DNA from: an uncultured Nitrososphaerales archaeon
GTDB taxonomy: Archaea > Thermoproteota > Nitrososphaeria > Nitrososphaerales > Gagatemarchaeaceae
Reading direction: 5' to 3'
NCBI GenBank assembly: GCA_963706445.1
Contig: OY970160.1
Span: 1,056,001-1,120,000, forward strand
Length of the DNA stretch: 64,000 bases
Position numbers and translations under genes: made by a program. The notes below the pieces were generated by a model. That model was not told where the DNA came from and made no database searches. It saw only the letters and a list, made by a program, of their open reading frames with translations. This document shows positions 51,472 through 60,823 of the stretch, one piece after another (the first letter of the stretch is position 1; each line of letters opens with the position of its first letter).

Positions 51472-53505
51472 ATGGAGCCATCGGAAGCCAAACAGTCCCA
51501 GATAGACGTCCACTGGAAGGAGGAGGCCCTCGTTGAGCCTCCGACGAAGTTCGTCAGGCAGGCAAACGCGCCAGACAAGAGCATCTACGACAGATTCTCT
51601 GAACGGAACTTCCCTGGCTGTTTCGACGAGTACGCGGAAATGCTGTCATGGGACACGAAGTGGCACACGACCCTTGACACGAGCAAGCCCCCCTTTTGGA
51701 AGTGGTTCGTCGGAGGGAAGCTGAACGTTTCGTACAACTGCGTCGACAGGCACATTGACAAGAACGGGGACAAGGCGGCCATCATATTCGTCCCTGAGCC
51801 CGAGACAGAGGCGCACCAGAAGATAACCTACAGGGAGCTCTATGAGAAGGTGAACGAGTTCGCGCTTGTCCTGAAGGAGTTCGCGGGACTGAAAGCAGGG
51901 GACAGAGTGACGTTCCACCTCCCCATGATCGCTGAGCTCCCCATCTCCATGCTCGCATGCGCTAGGCTGGGCATCATCCACAACGAGGTCTTCGGCGGGT
52001 TCAGCGCCAAGGCGTGTGCTGATAGAGTCATCGACTCGAAAAGCAACATTCTGGTGACATGCGACGGCTACTACCGCAACGGCCAGTTGATCGACAAGAA
52101 GAAGGACGCCGACGGGGCAGTCGAAGAGGCCGCAAAGATGGGAGTCAAGATAGACAAGGTGCTCGTCTGGAGAAGATATCCGGGCAAGTACGTCTCCGCC
52201 ACTCCGATGGTGGAGGGCCGGGACTACTTCGTGGACGACCTGATGCAGAAGTACGCCGGGAAGTCCGTCGCTCCGGTTTCGATGGACGCCGAGGATCCGC
52301 TGTTCCTCATGTACACCAGCGGATCGACGGGCAAGCCGAAGGGGGTGCAGCACAGGACCGCAGGATACCTTGCCTACGTCACGGGGACAGCAAAGTACGT
52401 CCTCGACATACACCCCGATGACATCTACTGGTGCCTCGCTGACATCGGTTGGATCACAGGCCACTCGTACATCGTCTACGGCCCACTTTCGCTTGGGACG
52501 ACCACCGTGATATACGAAGGGGTCCCCACGTATCCCGACTCGGCCAGGTGCTGGAGGATCGCCGAGAAGCTGGGGGTCAACATATTCCACACCGCCCCGA
52601 CCACGATCAGGATGCTGAGAAAGGCGGCGCCAGACGCCCCGGCCAAGTACAACTATCACTTCAAGAGCATGACGACCGTCGGGGAGCCCATAGAGCCCGA
52701 GTCTTGGAAGTGGTACTACGAGGCCGTAGGAAAAGGGGAGGCGGTAATCACCGACACCTGGTGGCAGACAGAGACCGGGGGGTTCCTCTGCAGCACTGTG
52801 CCTGGGGCTATCCCCATGAAGCCCGGGAGCGCGGGTCCTGGGGTCCCTGGGATCTACCCGGTGGTCTATGACGACGACGGGAAGGAAGTGAAGGGCGGGG
52901 AAGGTGCGGCGGGGAACATATGCATCAGAAACCCCTGGCCTGGGATAATGCAGACAATCTGGGGGGACCCGGAGAGGTTCGTCAAAAGCTACTACGACAA
53001 GTACTGCAAGGACAAGAGCAGCACCGATTGGAGGGACTGGCCATACCTTTCGGGGGACGGGGCCGTCGAGAGCACCGACGGCTACTTCAGGATCCTCGGG
53101 AGGATAGATGACGTCATCAAGGTCGCAGGGCATAGGCTTGGGACCAAGGAGCTGGAAAACGCGGCTCTGACGACCCCTGAGGTTGGGGAGGCTGCGGCTG
53201 TGGCCGTGGTGGACGAGCTGAGAGGGCACATGCCCCTCATCTTCGTCTCGCTGAAGCCAGGGTTCGAGGCGACCAAGGAGCTCGCAGATAGGGTCAGGAA
53301 CAACGTGGCCAAGGAACTGGGACCCATTGCCAGACCGAAGGCGGTCTACATCGTGTCCGACCTTCCGAAGACGAGGTCAGGCAAGATAATGCGAAGGATA
53401 CTCGTCTCCATTTCCGAAGGGAAGGACTACGGGGACGCTTCGACGCTGGCCAACCCTGAGGTCGTCGAGAAGATCAAGCAGCAGGTCCAGGGACCTGCGA
53501 ACTGA
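51472..53505 (+). CDS. acs: acetyl-CoA synthetase (AMP-forming)
   Basis: YTSGSTGKPKG, DIGWITGHSY, DTWWQTETG and PKTRSGKIMRR motifs. Confidence 0.96.
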   Translation: MEPSEAKQSQIDVHWKEEALVEPPTKFVRQANAPDKSIYDRFSERNFPGCFDEYAEMLSWDTKWHTTLDTSKPPFWKWFVGGKLNVSYNCVDRHIDKNGDKAAIIFVPEPETEAHQKITYRELYEKVNEFALVLKEFAGLKAGDRVTFHLPMIAELPISMLACARLGIIHNEVFGGFSAKACADRVIDSKSNILVTCDGYYRNGQLIDKKKDADGAVEEAAKMGVKIDKVLVWRRYPGKYVSATPMVEGRDYFVDDLMQKYAGKSVAPVSMDAEDPLFLMYTSGSTGKPKGVQHRTAGYLAYVTGTAKYVLDIHPDDIYWCLADIGWITGHSYIVYGPLSLGTTTVIYEGVPTYPDSARCWRIAEKLGVNIFHTAPTTIRMLRKAAPDAPAKYNYHFKSMTTVGEPIEPESWKWYYEAVGKGEAVITDTWWQTETGGFLCSTVPGAIPMKPGSAGPGVPGIYPVVYDDDGKEVKGGEGAAGNICIRNPWPGIMQTIWGDPERFVKSYYDKYCKDKSSTDWRDWPYLSGDGAVESTDGYFRILGRIDDVIKVAGHRLGTKELENAALTTPEVGEAAAVAVVDELRGHMPLIFVSLKPGFEATKELADRVRNNVAKELGPIARPKAVYIVSDLPKTRSGKIMRRILVSISEGKDYGDASTLANPEVVEKIKQQVQGPAN

Positions 53506-53521
53506 GGATATCGGACTCTCT

Positions 53522-54103
53522 CTACGTCCGGGGGAAGACGGGGAGGACTATCCTGCCGTACATTTCATTCAGAAGGGTCGCGATGGAGGTATACATGGCA
53601 CTAAGGCCGCAGACGACCCCTTCGTATCCCGCGAACTGCAGGACGTTCGAATTGCTCCAGGCGTTCCCCGCGGCGAGCAGGAAGAACAGGATGAACAGTG
53701 AGCCGAAAACGAACATCAGTGCTCCGCTGAGCTTCAGGGTGCCGAAGAACATCAGGAGCGTGAAGAGCCCCCAGATGAAAAGGTAGGCCGCGATGGAAGC
53801 GGGTGTGAACGTGGCGAGCCCCATCCCTGCGAAGAGGACTATGAAGGCGAAAGACTCCCAGAATAGCCCGTAAGAGAGGAACGCCATCATCCCGAAGGTG
53901 TTCCCTTTCCTGAACTCGAGGACCCCCGCTAGGATCTGAGCGAGGCCCCCGTAGAAAAGCCCCATCGTTATGATCGGTGAGCCGAGAGGGTAGAGGTTGG
54001 CATTGGCGAGGTTCAGCAGGACGGTGGTGGTGCCGAACGCCATCAGGCCGAGTGAGGCGGGGTTCGCGAGCAGGACGTCGGTCCTCGCGGGACTTGAAGC
54101 CAT
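53522..54103 (-). CDS. satP: acetate uptake transporter (SatP/YaaH/GPR1-FUN34 family)
   Basis: ANPASLGLMAFG, YGGLAQ and GNTFG...SYGLFW motifs; ATG at 54103. Confidence 0.9.
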   Translation of the reverse strand: MASSPARTDVLLANPASLGLMAFGTTTVLLNLANANLYPLGSPIITMGLFYGGLAQILAGVLEFRKGNTFGMMAFLSYGLFWESFAFIVLFAGMGLATFTPASIAAYLFIWGLFTLLMFFGTLKLSGALMFVFGSLFILFFLLAAGNAWSNSNVLQFAGYEGVVCGLSAMYTSIATLLNEMYGRIVLPVFPRT

Positions 54104-54232
54104 CAGCGAGAAATGGCCATGCGGCCATATTAAGGCGAGTCCCGAATGGGTTCGGACGCTGTCCCTAGGGAGCACTTAAGAGACGAACAGGCTGCACGCG
54201 CCTCACAGTTGCGATTCAAGAAAAGGGGCGCC

Positions 54233-55186
54233 ATGAGCTCGGCCGGCACCGTCGTATTCCTCCTGCTCCTGGCGCTCGTGGCAGTCTCCATCGAGTACAT
54301 CTCGTCGACCCAATCGACGTCCGACCAGCTTAGCACCCAGAACCAGCAGATCTCCTCCCTGCAGACTGAACTGCAGAGGCTGACGTCGGAGTTCCCGTTC
54401 GGCCAGGGGGTTGTGGGAGCCAACTTCACTCTTCCAGTGATGAACCAGGCACCCACCATCAGGACCGTCCGGGAGACCTGGTACCTTTCGCCTTCGGCCC
54501 ACCAGGACAGGTTCGACCCGGCATACATCATAGCAAACCAGGGGGACACGATCAGGTTGACGCTGATTGACAACGATACAGTCGCCCACGACTTCGTCAT
54601 CGGACCTCCATACAACATTATCGTGAACGCGACGGTCCCGGGCCTTGTCAACGACCTGACTGGTCAGGAGTTCACCACCCCGTCCCGCAGCAACTCACCC
54701 GGCGTCACGGTCACGGGCACCCCCGGAAACGTTACGGCGTCCTACACTTTCACAGCAGCCTATTCGGGGATCTACGAATTCGTATGCACTTACCATGCCC
54801 AGGTGGGCATGATAGGATACCTTGTGGTCCTGCCGAACGCCGCTTACAGTCAGGTTACTTCTAGCACTACAGCCACAGCGTCGGCTACTGGCGCCGTGTC
54901 GGTGAGCATCGCGTCGGGACAGACGTCCTATCCAAACAAGGGCTTCGCACCTGACAATGTAACGGTCGTGATGGGCATCAACAACACGGTCACCTGGACA
55001 AACAACGACGCGAACATCCACACCGTGACGTCGACTACAATACCTACTGGTGTGGCGCCCTTCACATCAGGCTACCTAAATCAAGGCCAGTCGTTCACAT
55101 ACACATTTACGAAACCCGGCGTATACGAGTATCACTGCACCATCCATCCGTGGATGGTCGGATTCGTCATTGTGAAAGCGGGCTAG
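54233..55186 (+). CDS. membrane-anchored two-domain cupredoxin (blue copper protein)
   Basis: N-terminal TM and coiled coil; domain 1 AHDF...CTYHAQVGM; Thr/Ser linker; domain 2 IHTV...CTIHPWM. Confidence 0.85.
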   Translation: MSSAGTVVFLLLLALVAVSIEYISSTQSTSDQLSTQNQQISSLQTELQRLTSEFPFGQGVVGANFTLPVMNQAPTIRTVRETWYLSPSAHQDRFDPAYIIANQGDTIRLTLIDNDTVAHDFVIGPPYNIIVNATVPGLVNDLTGQEFTTPSRSNSPGVTVTGTPGNVTASYTFTAAYSGIYEFVCTYHAQVGMIGYLVVLPNAAYSQVTSSTTATASATGAVSVSIASGQTSYPNKGFAPDNVTVVMGINNTVTWTNNDANIHTVTSTTIPTGVAPFTSGYLNQGQSFTYTFTKPGVYEYHCTIHPWMVGFVIVKAG

Positions 55187-55506
55187 CGAAGGGCTTCGGC
55201 CTGGATAAGCTCTAAGAGCTTCTGGAAATACAGCCGCGTAGCCATTGGCATCTCGTCAAGGTTCCTGTCGATGGCCTCGACGACGTACTTGATTGCCCGC
55301 CTGGACGTCTTGAACTCGAACTTCATCGGGAGGATTGGGTCCTGGATGACGTCGATGGAATCGGTAAGGTGTCTCGGGGCCTCGGCTTTCGCGTCGTTTG
55401 CTACCTTCTGATACCAGCCCCAGAGGACCTCAGGGTCAAGCCCAAGCTTGAGGTCCTCTATCTCTTGCAGGAGCTTGTTGAGGAACAGCATCTCTTCGTT
55501 TGCCAA
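55183..55506 (-). CDS. hypothetical protein
   Basis: 107-aa ORF with host-like codon use; TTAAA box upstream on the minus strand. Confidence 0.65.
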   Translation of the reverse strand: MANEEMLFLNKLLQEIEDLKLGLDPEVLWGWYQKVANDAKAEAPRHLTDSIDVIQDPILPMKFEFKTSRRAIKYVVEAIDRNLDEMPMATRLYFQKLLELIQAEALR

Positions 55507-55600
55507 TGGAGCCGCAAGGATGTAACTCGGGTGGCGGGTTTAAGGGAAAGAGTGTGAAAAGATATTGAGTCCCAAATCGGAAACAGGTTCGAGGACGGTC

Positions 55601-56023
55601 CTAACTACAGCGCATCTGGAAGATCTCGGTCTTCTCGTACTCGGCTTCCCACACGTGTGTGCTGTTCCTTCCTCGGCGGACCGCAAGTAGCGTGTAGCCT
55701 TCGGGAGCTTCGGTGTAGGCCCGCCCGAGAATGGACATGGCCGGCTCGTCGTATTCGTCGAAGCTCTGGACGATGTGCTGCCGGAACTTCTCTACCTCCT
55801 TCATGTAGTCGTTCAGGCAGAGCGTCTTTCCCTGGAGCCGCGAGGATGTCAGGAGCTTCACCTCGTTCCCGCAGACTTCGCACTTGACCCTTGTCATCCC
55901 GTCGCTGAGGCAGACCCTGCCTACTCCGATGACCATCAGGAAGGTGCCCGGCTGAGTCTCCATGGCCCCGCAGATGGCGCACTTCGCAAGGCCCTTGGAT
56001 GAAGCGTGCTGCAATTCGGGCAC
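55601..56023 (-). CDS. double Zn-finger protein
   Basis: CAIC...CLSD and CEVC...CLND repeats; start uncertain (GTG 56023 or TTG 56041). Confidence 0.65.
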   Translation of the reverse strand: MPELQHASSKGLAKCAICGAMETQPGTFLMVIGVGRVCLSDGMTRVKCEVCGNEVKLLTSSRLQGKTLCLNDYMKEVEKFRQHIVQSFDEYDEPAMSILGRAYTEAPEGYTLLAVRRGRNSTHVWEAEYEKTEIFQMRCS

Positions 56024-56071
56024 GAAGGACGCGTCAACCAATTTAAGGTTGCCTCGGCGGCGATGAGATTC

Positions 56072-57157
56072 ATGAGGCTAGAGTCGGTTGAGGCGTTCTC
56101 GATCAGCCTCAAGATGGGCGAGACCCTCAAGGGAGGTACCTTCGCCTATACGCACTACCAGACCGTACTTGTAAGGGCCGTTGTCGACGGGGTAGAAGGG
56201 TGGGGGGAGGCCATGACGAGATTCGACCCCGACGCCACCGCATTGTTAGTCAGATTCCTCGGGAAATCCCTGGTCGGCCAGGAGTTCGAGACTGTGAAGG
56301 GGGCCTGGGATAGGGCCTGGAGGGAGCTCAGGGTCCGGGGCCACACGCGGGGCACAGACGTCGAAGCGCTCAGCGGGATCGAGATAGCTCTGTATGACTG
56401 CCTAGGGCGCATCGAAAGGAAGCCGCTCGGCAAGTTGTTTTCTCGTTCGCCTTCGGCCGACGTGCCAGTCTTCGCCGGCTCGCTGTTCGCTTCAAGGAGG
56501 CCGTTGGATGATCAAGTGGAGAAGGCGAAGAGCGAGGGGCTAGCAGGGGCGAAGGTGAAGATCGGTTTCGGAGTTGAAGAAGACAGAAGGATCCTGACTT
56601 CGGTCCGGAAGCTGTGGCCTGAGGGGATGCTTGTGGCAGATGCGAACGGGGCATACGAATCGTCGGCTGCTTCCAAGGCGTGCAAGGCGTTCGAGGACCT
56701 GGACCTGGCATGGTTCGAGGAGCCTGTCCTTTCAGATGATTTCTCTGGTTACGCAGAACTGAGAAAGTCGAAGGTGAGGATAGGCGCCGGTGAGAGCTGG
56801 TTCGTCGGAGACTTCGATGGCGCCATAGCAAAGAAGCTGATAGGGGTCTTGGAGCCCAGCGTCAGCAGGTGCGGCGGGGTCAGCGTGCTGATGGACGTAG
56901 CCGAGAGGGCGGGGAGCAGAGGGATAGCGTTCTCTCCAATGACTGGGATGAATTCTGTGGTTTCGCTTGCTGCTTCACTTCATGCCGCATCGGCGCGGCC
57001 GTCCCTGGGAGTCGAGTTCAATCCGTTCACGAACCCGCTGCAGTCCGAGCTGGCTTCGGGGATAGGGGAGCCAAAGAAGGGGAAAATCGAAGTCCCCCGG
57101 GGGTACGGCCTGGGGATAGAGGTAGACTCAGTATACGTCAAGGCTCATTCCAGGTGA
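56072..57157 (+). CDS. enolase-superfamily enzyme (mandelate racemase/muconate lactonizing family)
   Basis: GWGE, KVKIG, DAN, FEEP, AGES and GYGLG motifs. Confidence 0.9.
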   Translation: MRLESVEAFSISLKMGETLKGGTFAYTHYQTVLVRAVVDGVEGWGEAMTRFDPDATALLVRFLGKSLVGQEFETVKGAWDRAWRELRVRGHTRGTDVEALSGIEIALYDCLGRIERKPLGKLFSRSPSADVPVFAGSLFASRRPLDDQVEKAKSEGLAGAKVKIGFGVEEDRRILTSVRKLWPEGMLVADANGAYESSAASKACKAFEDLDLAWFEEPVLSDDFSGYAELRKSKVRIGAGESWFVGDFDGAIAKKLIGVLEPSVSRCGGVSVLMDVAERAGSRGIAFSPMTGMNSVVSLAASLHAASARPSLGVEFNPFTNPLQSELASGIGEPKKGKIEVPRGYGLGIEVDSVYVKAHSR

Positions 57158-57165
57158 GCCAGAGA

Positions 57166-57945
57166 CTAAAGTAGCCCGACTATCTCGTCGACGTTCGACA
57201 GTTTAGCCAGCAGGTCGAGCTTTCCTGCGTCCTGGTCAATCCCGCTCGTGACAAGGATGGCGTCTATGCCGGCCCTGTGGGCGCCGGCTATGTCTGTGTC
57301 AGCCTGATCTCCTATCATTACCGCTTGATTCTTGTTACTGCCTGCGCGCTCGAGTGCGATTTTGAACATCAGTGGAGAAGGCTTCCCTATGACGGTCGCA
57401 CGCTTGCTGCTCCCGTACTCGATGGCCTTGACGAGGGGACCCGTCGCCATGGCAGGCCCAGTCTTGTACATGTAGAGCCGCGAAGAGTGGGTGGCGATTA
57501 TGCCCGCTCCGTTCCTCGCTAGCCTGGCTGCCCTGTCGAGCTTCTCATAGGTTATCTCCCTGTCCAGTCCGACGACGACGAAGTCCGCCTTCTCTCCAAG
57601 TACCCTCCGGTGCCCGAATCTCTTCATTTCTGCCTGTAGGCCCTCTTCCCCCACGAGGAAGTAGTCGACCTTGCCGTGTTTCTCCCTAAGATACTCCGCT
57701 GTGAGAAGACCGCTGGTCAGGACCTCTTCTCTTCTGACAGGTATCCCGAACTCCTCGAGGCGGGAGAAGATGGTCTCCGAGGAATCGGTGGAGTTGTTTG
57801 TCAGGATGAAGAGCTTCCTCCCCGAGGCTCTTACGGCCTCGATGGCCTTGGTGCCGCCGATCTTGACCCTGGTTTCCTTTCCCTTGTAGAAGACACCGTC
57901 GAGGTCGAACAGGAAGAGCTTCTTGTCCTTCAGGAGCCTCTTCAT
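57166..57945 (-). CDS. HAD-IIA (NagD-like) phosphatase
   Basis: DLDGV, TNNS, GKP and GDQADTD motifs. Confidence 0.92.
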   Translation of the reverse strand: MKRLLKDKKLFLFDLDGVFYKGKETRVKIGGTKAIEAVRASGRKLFILTNNSTDSSETIFSRLEEFGIPVRREEVLTSGLLTAEYLREKHGKVDYFLVGEEGLQAEMKRFGHRRVLGEKADFVVVGLDREITYEKLDRAARLARNGAGIIATHSSRLYMYKTGPAMATGPLVKAIEYGSSKRATVIGKPSPLMFKIALERAGSNKNQAVMIGDQADTDIAGAHRAGIDAILVTSGIDQDAGKLDLLAKLSNVDEIVGLL

Positions 57946-58364
57946 TACTTCCCCCTCACCTCGCCTTTCGTCGCGTCGAGGACGACATCTTCGCCGTTCA
58001 CGATGCCGGAGTAGACGGTCCTGGGGATGCCGGATACGACTGGGATGCTCTTCTTGTATATCAGTTGGGCCATGGTCGACCCTATCACCGCGGAAAGGTC
58101 GACCCCCTCGGTCACGATGCCGGCGGGGTGGTTCCCGAGCCGGACTGTTTCGAGGAACCAGGAAGACGCGGTGGTCGACCCTTTTCCGAAGGGATAGAAC
58201 AGGATCCTACCTTTGACGTTCATCCCCCTTATGTCGCTGCGGACGTCTGTGACACTCCCCGTCTGGGGATCGACCCCGTGGGCGAAGGTGAACGCCTTCT
58301 TCGAGACCAGTGCCCTCCCTTCGGCAGACCCCTTCACGAGGCCCCTGCCCCTCATTGGTCCCAT
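57945..58364 (-). CDS. aconitase X small (swivel) subunit
   Basis: GRGLVKGSAEG, GVDPQTG and GKGST (catalytic Ser) motifs. Confidence 0.88.
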   Translation of the reverse strand: MGPMRGRGLVKGSAEGRALVSKKAFTFAHGVDPQTGSVTDVRSDIRGMNVKGRILFYPFGKGSTTASSWFLETVRLGNHPAGIVTEGVDLSAVIGSTMAQLIYKKSIPVVSGIPRTVYSGIVNGEDVVLDATKGEVRGK

Positions 58365-58366
58365 CT

Positions 58367-59575
58367 TCAGCGGGTGACCTCCGCCATGATGTCTTTTTGG
58401 GATGAATAGCGCATCTTGATCTCTCCTTCTGAGGAAACGATCTCGGCAAGCTTAGCCGAATTGGTCATGACGGTCTTGAACCCGAGCTTTCTGAGCGGGG
58501 ATATCTCGGCGTCGGTGCTGTGGGTTATCCTTGCTCCCGACCTCTCGATGGTCGAGGCGATCCCCGTCCTTTGTGCCATGTCATAGGCCTGGGATGAGGT
58601 GTAGGCGTACATCTTCACTCCGGCCTTCAGCTTCCTCCCCTCGAGCATCTTCGCCAGCTCCCCGAGTTCCCCGGCTGATAGGTGTGGGACCCCGAAAGCG
58701 ACGAGGTCGGGGGGCTCTGAGGTCTGGTTGAGGTCTGACTTGATGTCGTCCAGGCCAGACCTTGTCACCTCGATTTCTTCGAGTTCCTCGCCCGCGGCGG
58801 CGTCCGAGGCGGTCGAAGTCCCCGGAGTGATGCCGGGGAGATGAATCATGGTCACGGGGCCAGCAGCGGCGGCTCCGGCGCCAAGGTGCTTGATCTGGTC
58901 GGAGGAGATTGACCCCGGTAGGCCAAGGAGGACTGGGACCCGGGCTCCGGCATTCCTTCCGATGAAAAAGCCTATCGACCTGTAGTCAAGGTCGTCCAGA
59001 TCTCTGATCCCAAGTTTGAAGGAGACTTTGGCTACCCTGTTCTCGTTTTCCAGCATGCCGAACTTGGGGGTCAGGCCGAGGACGGCGCAGGCCAAGTCCA
59101 TGCCTGCAGTGATCTTGTTGGACCTACACCCCAGGACTGAGTTGGCGAAGACCACGGCGCTGGACTCGGCCCAGGCCACGGTCTCCCCCTGCTTTGGGAA
59201 GTTGCACACCTGATACTGGACGCAGGTCCAGCACTTCATCCCCCCCATTTTGGCGTAGGCATCGCAGAGCCTGAACTGCTGGTGGGCGTACTCCTCGGGG
59301 ATGCCGAAGCTCTTCCAGTTCTGAAGGTCGATGCTCGCGGGGTCTACAGAGGTGGGGACGGCGAACTTCCCCCCGGAGTCGGCGAACCGTTCTAAGACCT
59401 CCACCCCGGCGTCGTGTAGGCTGCTGTAATGCGCTAGGACGTGGGCCGATTTGATCGGGACGAGGCTGTCCGCTCCGACCGCGTCGCCAACCTTGGTGAC
59501 TATCTCCATGGCAAACTGCTTAGCTTCTCCGCCTTCACCGTGCAGCAGCTTCTCCTGAGAGGAGTCGAGGTGCAA
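58367..59575 (-). CDS. aconitase X large subunit, divergent metal-ligand set
   Basis: LLHGEGGEA, LVPIKSAHV, AWAESSAVVFANSVLG and MTNSAK motifs; GVPH and STDAE occupy the usual GCPH and DTC positions. Confidence 0.85.
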   Translation of the reverse strand: MHLDSSQEKLLHGEGGEAKQFAMEIVTKVGDAVGADSLVPIKSAHVLAHYSSLHDAGVEVLERFADSGGKFAVPTSVDPASIDLQNWKSFGIPEEYAHQQFRLCDAYAKMGGMKCWTCVQYQVCNFPKQGETVAWAESSAVVFANSVLGCRSNKITAGMDLACAVLGLTPKFGMLENENRVAKVSFKLGIRDLDDLDYRSIGFFIGRNAGARVPVLLGLPGSISSDQIKHLGAGAAAAGPVTMIHLPGITPGTSTASDAAAGEELEEIEVTRSGLDDIKSDLNQTSEPPDLVAFGVPHLSAGELGELAKMLEGRKLKAGVKMYAYTSSQAYDMAQRTGIASTIERSGARITHSTDAEISPLRKLGFKTVMTNSAKLAEIVSSEGEIKMRYSSQKDIMAEVTR

Positions 59576-59629
59576 CTATCCGCTTCGCCCCGGGAATTGG
59601 TTAAAAAGCCATTTCACAATCAACGCCCG

Positions 59630-60778
59630 TTGAAGTTCTCCTATTTTCTTCCGACCAGACTTTCCTTCGGGTTCGGGGCCATCGAAGGGCTGGGCGCCGA
59701 GGCAAAGGGGCTCGGAGGGACAAAGGTTCTCATTGTGACCGACAAGGTCATGATGAAGACAGGGATCGTGCAGAAGGTCACCAATCGGATGGGTGGATTG
59801 ACGTTGGACGTGTTCGATGAAGTCGAGGCCGAGCCTAGGATCGAGGTTGCACAGGCCGTGGCGGACAAGGTGAGATCGGCCGCCTACGATCTTGTCGTCG
59901 GGGTGGGAGGGGGGAGCTCCATGGACATGGCGAAGGTCGCTTCCGGATTTGCCACCAACGAAGGCCTCGCGCAGTCTTTCGTAGGGAACAACCTGTTCTC
60001 GAAGAAGCCGCTGACTTCCATCATGGTCCCCACAACGGCGGGTACAGGGGCGGAGCTCACTGTCACTTCGATGGTCACCGTGGGAGGGCACAAGCAATGG
60101 GTCAACAGTCCGCTCCTGCTCCCGTCGGTGGCGGTGGTCGACCCGGAGCTGACCATGAGCATGCCCCCTGGGGTCACGGCGGCTACTGGGATGGACGCAC
60201 TGTGCCACAACACGGAGGCATATCTGTCGGGGCTCGCCAGCCCCATAACAGACTCCGCCGCCCTAGAGGGGATTAGTATGATCGTACAGAACCTGGAAAA
60301 GGCGTACAGCTCCGGCAATGATAGGATGGCGAGGGAGGCAATGAGCCTCGGTGCACTTATGGGAGGGATAGCGCTCCAGGCAAAGATGGTCTACGGTCAC
60401 TCGATCGGCTACACGATCGCGACAAGGTTCAAGCTCCCGCACGGGGTCTCCTGCGGGCTTCCTCTCCCGTACGTCATATCGAACTACGCCGTAGCCTGCG
60501 GGCGAAAGATGAAGAAGCTCGCAGCGGCATACGGCGTTGCCAACGACGGTGAGCCTTCGGCACTTGGGATGGCGGTTGCTGGAAAGGCTAGGGCCTTGGC
60601 CGCGAGCGTCAAGATCCCGGCATCACTGAAGGAAATCGGGGTGCAAGAGGCGGACCTTGGTGCACTTGCTGAAGAGTGCATGACGATGTACCCCAGGCCC
60701 AACAGCACCCTGGTCTTCGACGGGAAGAGCATGGCAGCCCTCTACAGACGCATGTGGGAAGGAAGCCTCGAGGCCTAG
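59630..60778 (+). CDS. iron-containing (type III) alcohol dehydrogenase
   Basis: GGGSSMD, PTTAGTGAE, DALCH, GHS and HG metal ligands; TTG start about 22 nt after TTAAAAAG (59601-59608). Confidence 0.92.
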   Translation: MKFSYFLPTRLSFGFGAIEGLGAEAKGLGGTKVLIVTDKVMMKTGIVQKVTNRMGGLTLDVFDEVEAEPRIEVAQAVADKVRSAAYDLVVGVGGGSSMDMAKVASGFATNEGLAQSFVGNNLFSKKPLTSIMVPTTAGTGAELTVTSMVTVGGHKQWVNSPLLLPSVAVVDPELTMSMPPGVTAATGMDALCHNTEAYLSGLASPITDSAALEGISMIVQNLEKAYSSGNDRMAREAMSLGALMGGIALQAKMVYGHSIGYTIATRFKLPHGVSCGLPLPYVISNYAVACGRKMKKLAAAYGVANDGEPSALGMAVAGKARALAASVKIPASLKEIGVQEADLGALAEECMTMYPRPNSTLVFDGKSMAALYRRMWEGSLEA

Positions 60779-60823
60779 CGAGAAATTTATACGGATGGGC
60801 AAAGGGTCGGACACCGATTCATC

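Noticed and set aside
51646-53229. 527-aa antisense ORF inside acs
   Set aside because: Shadow frame of a GC-rich gene; no recognisable motifs and a Pro/Arg/Val-rich composition.
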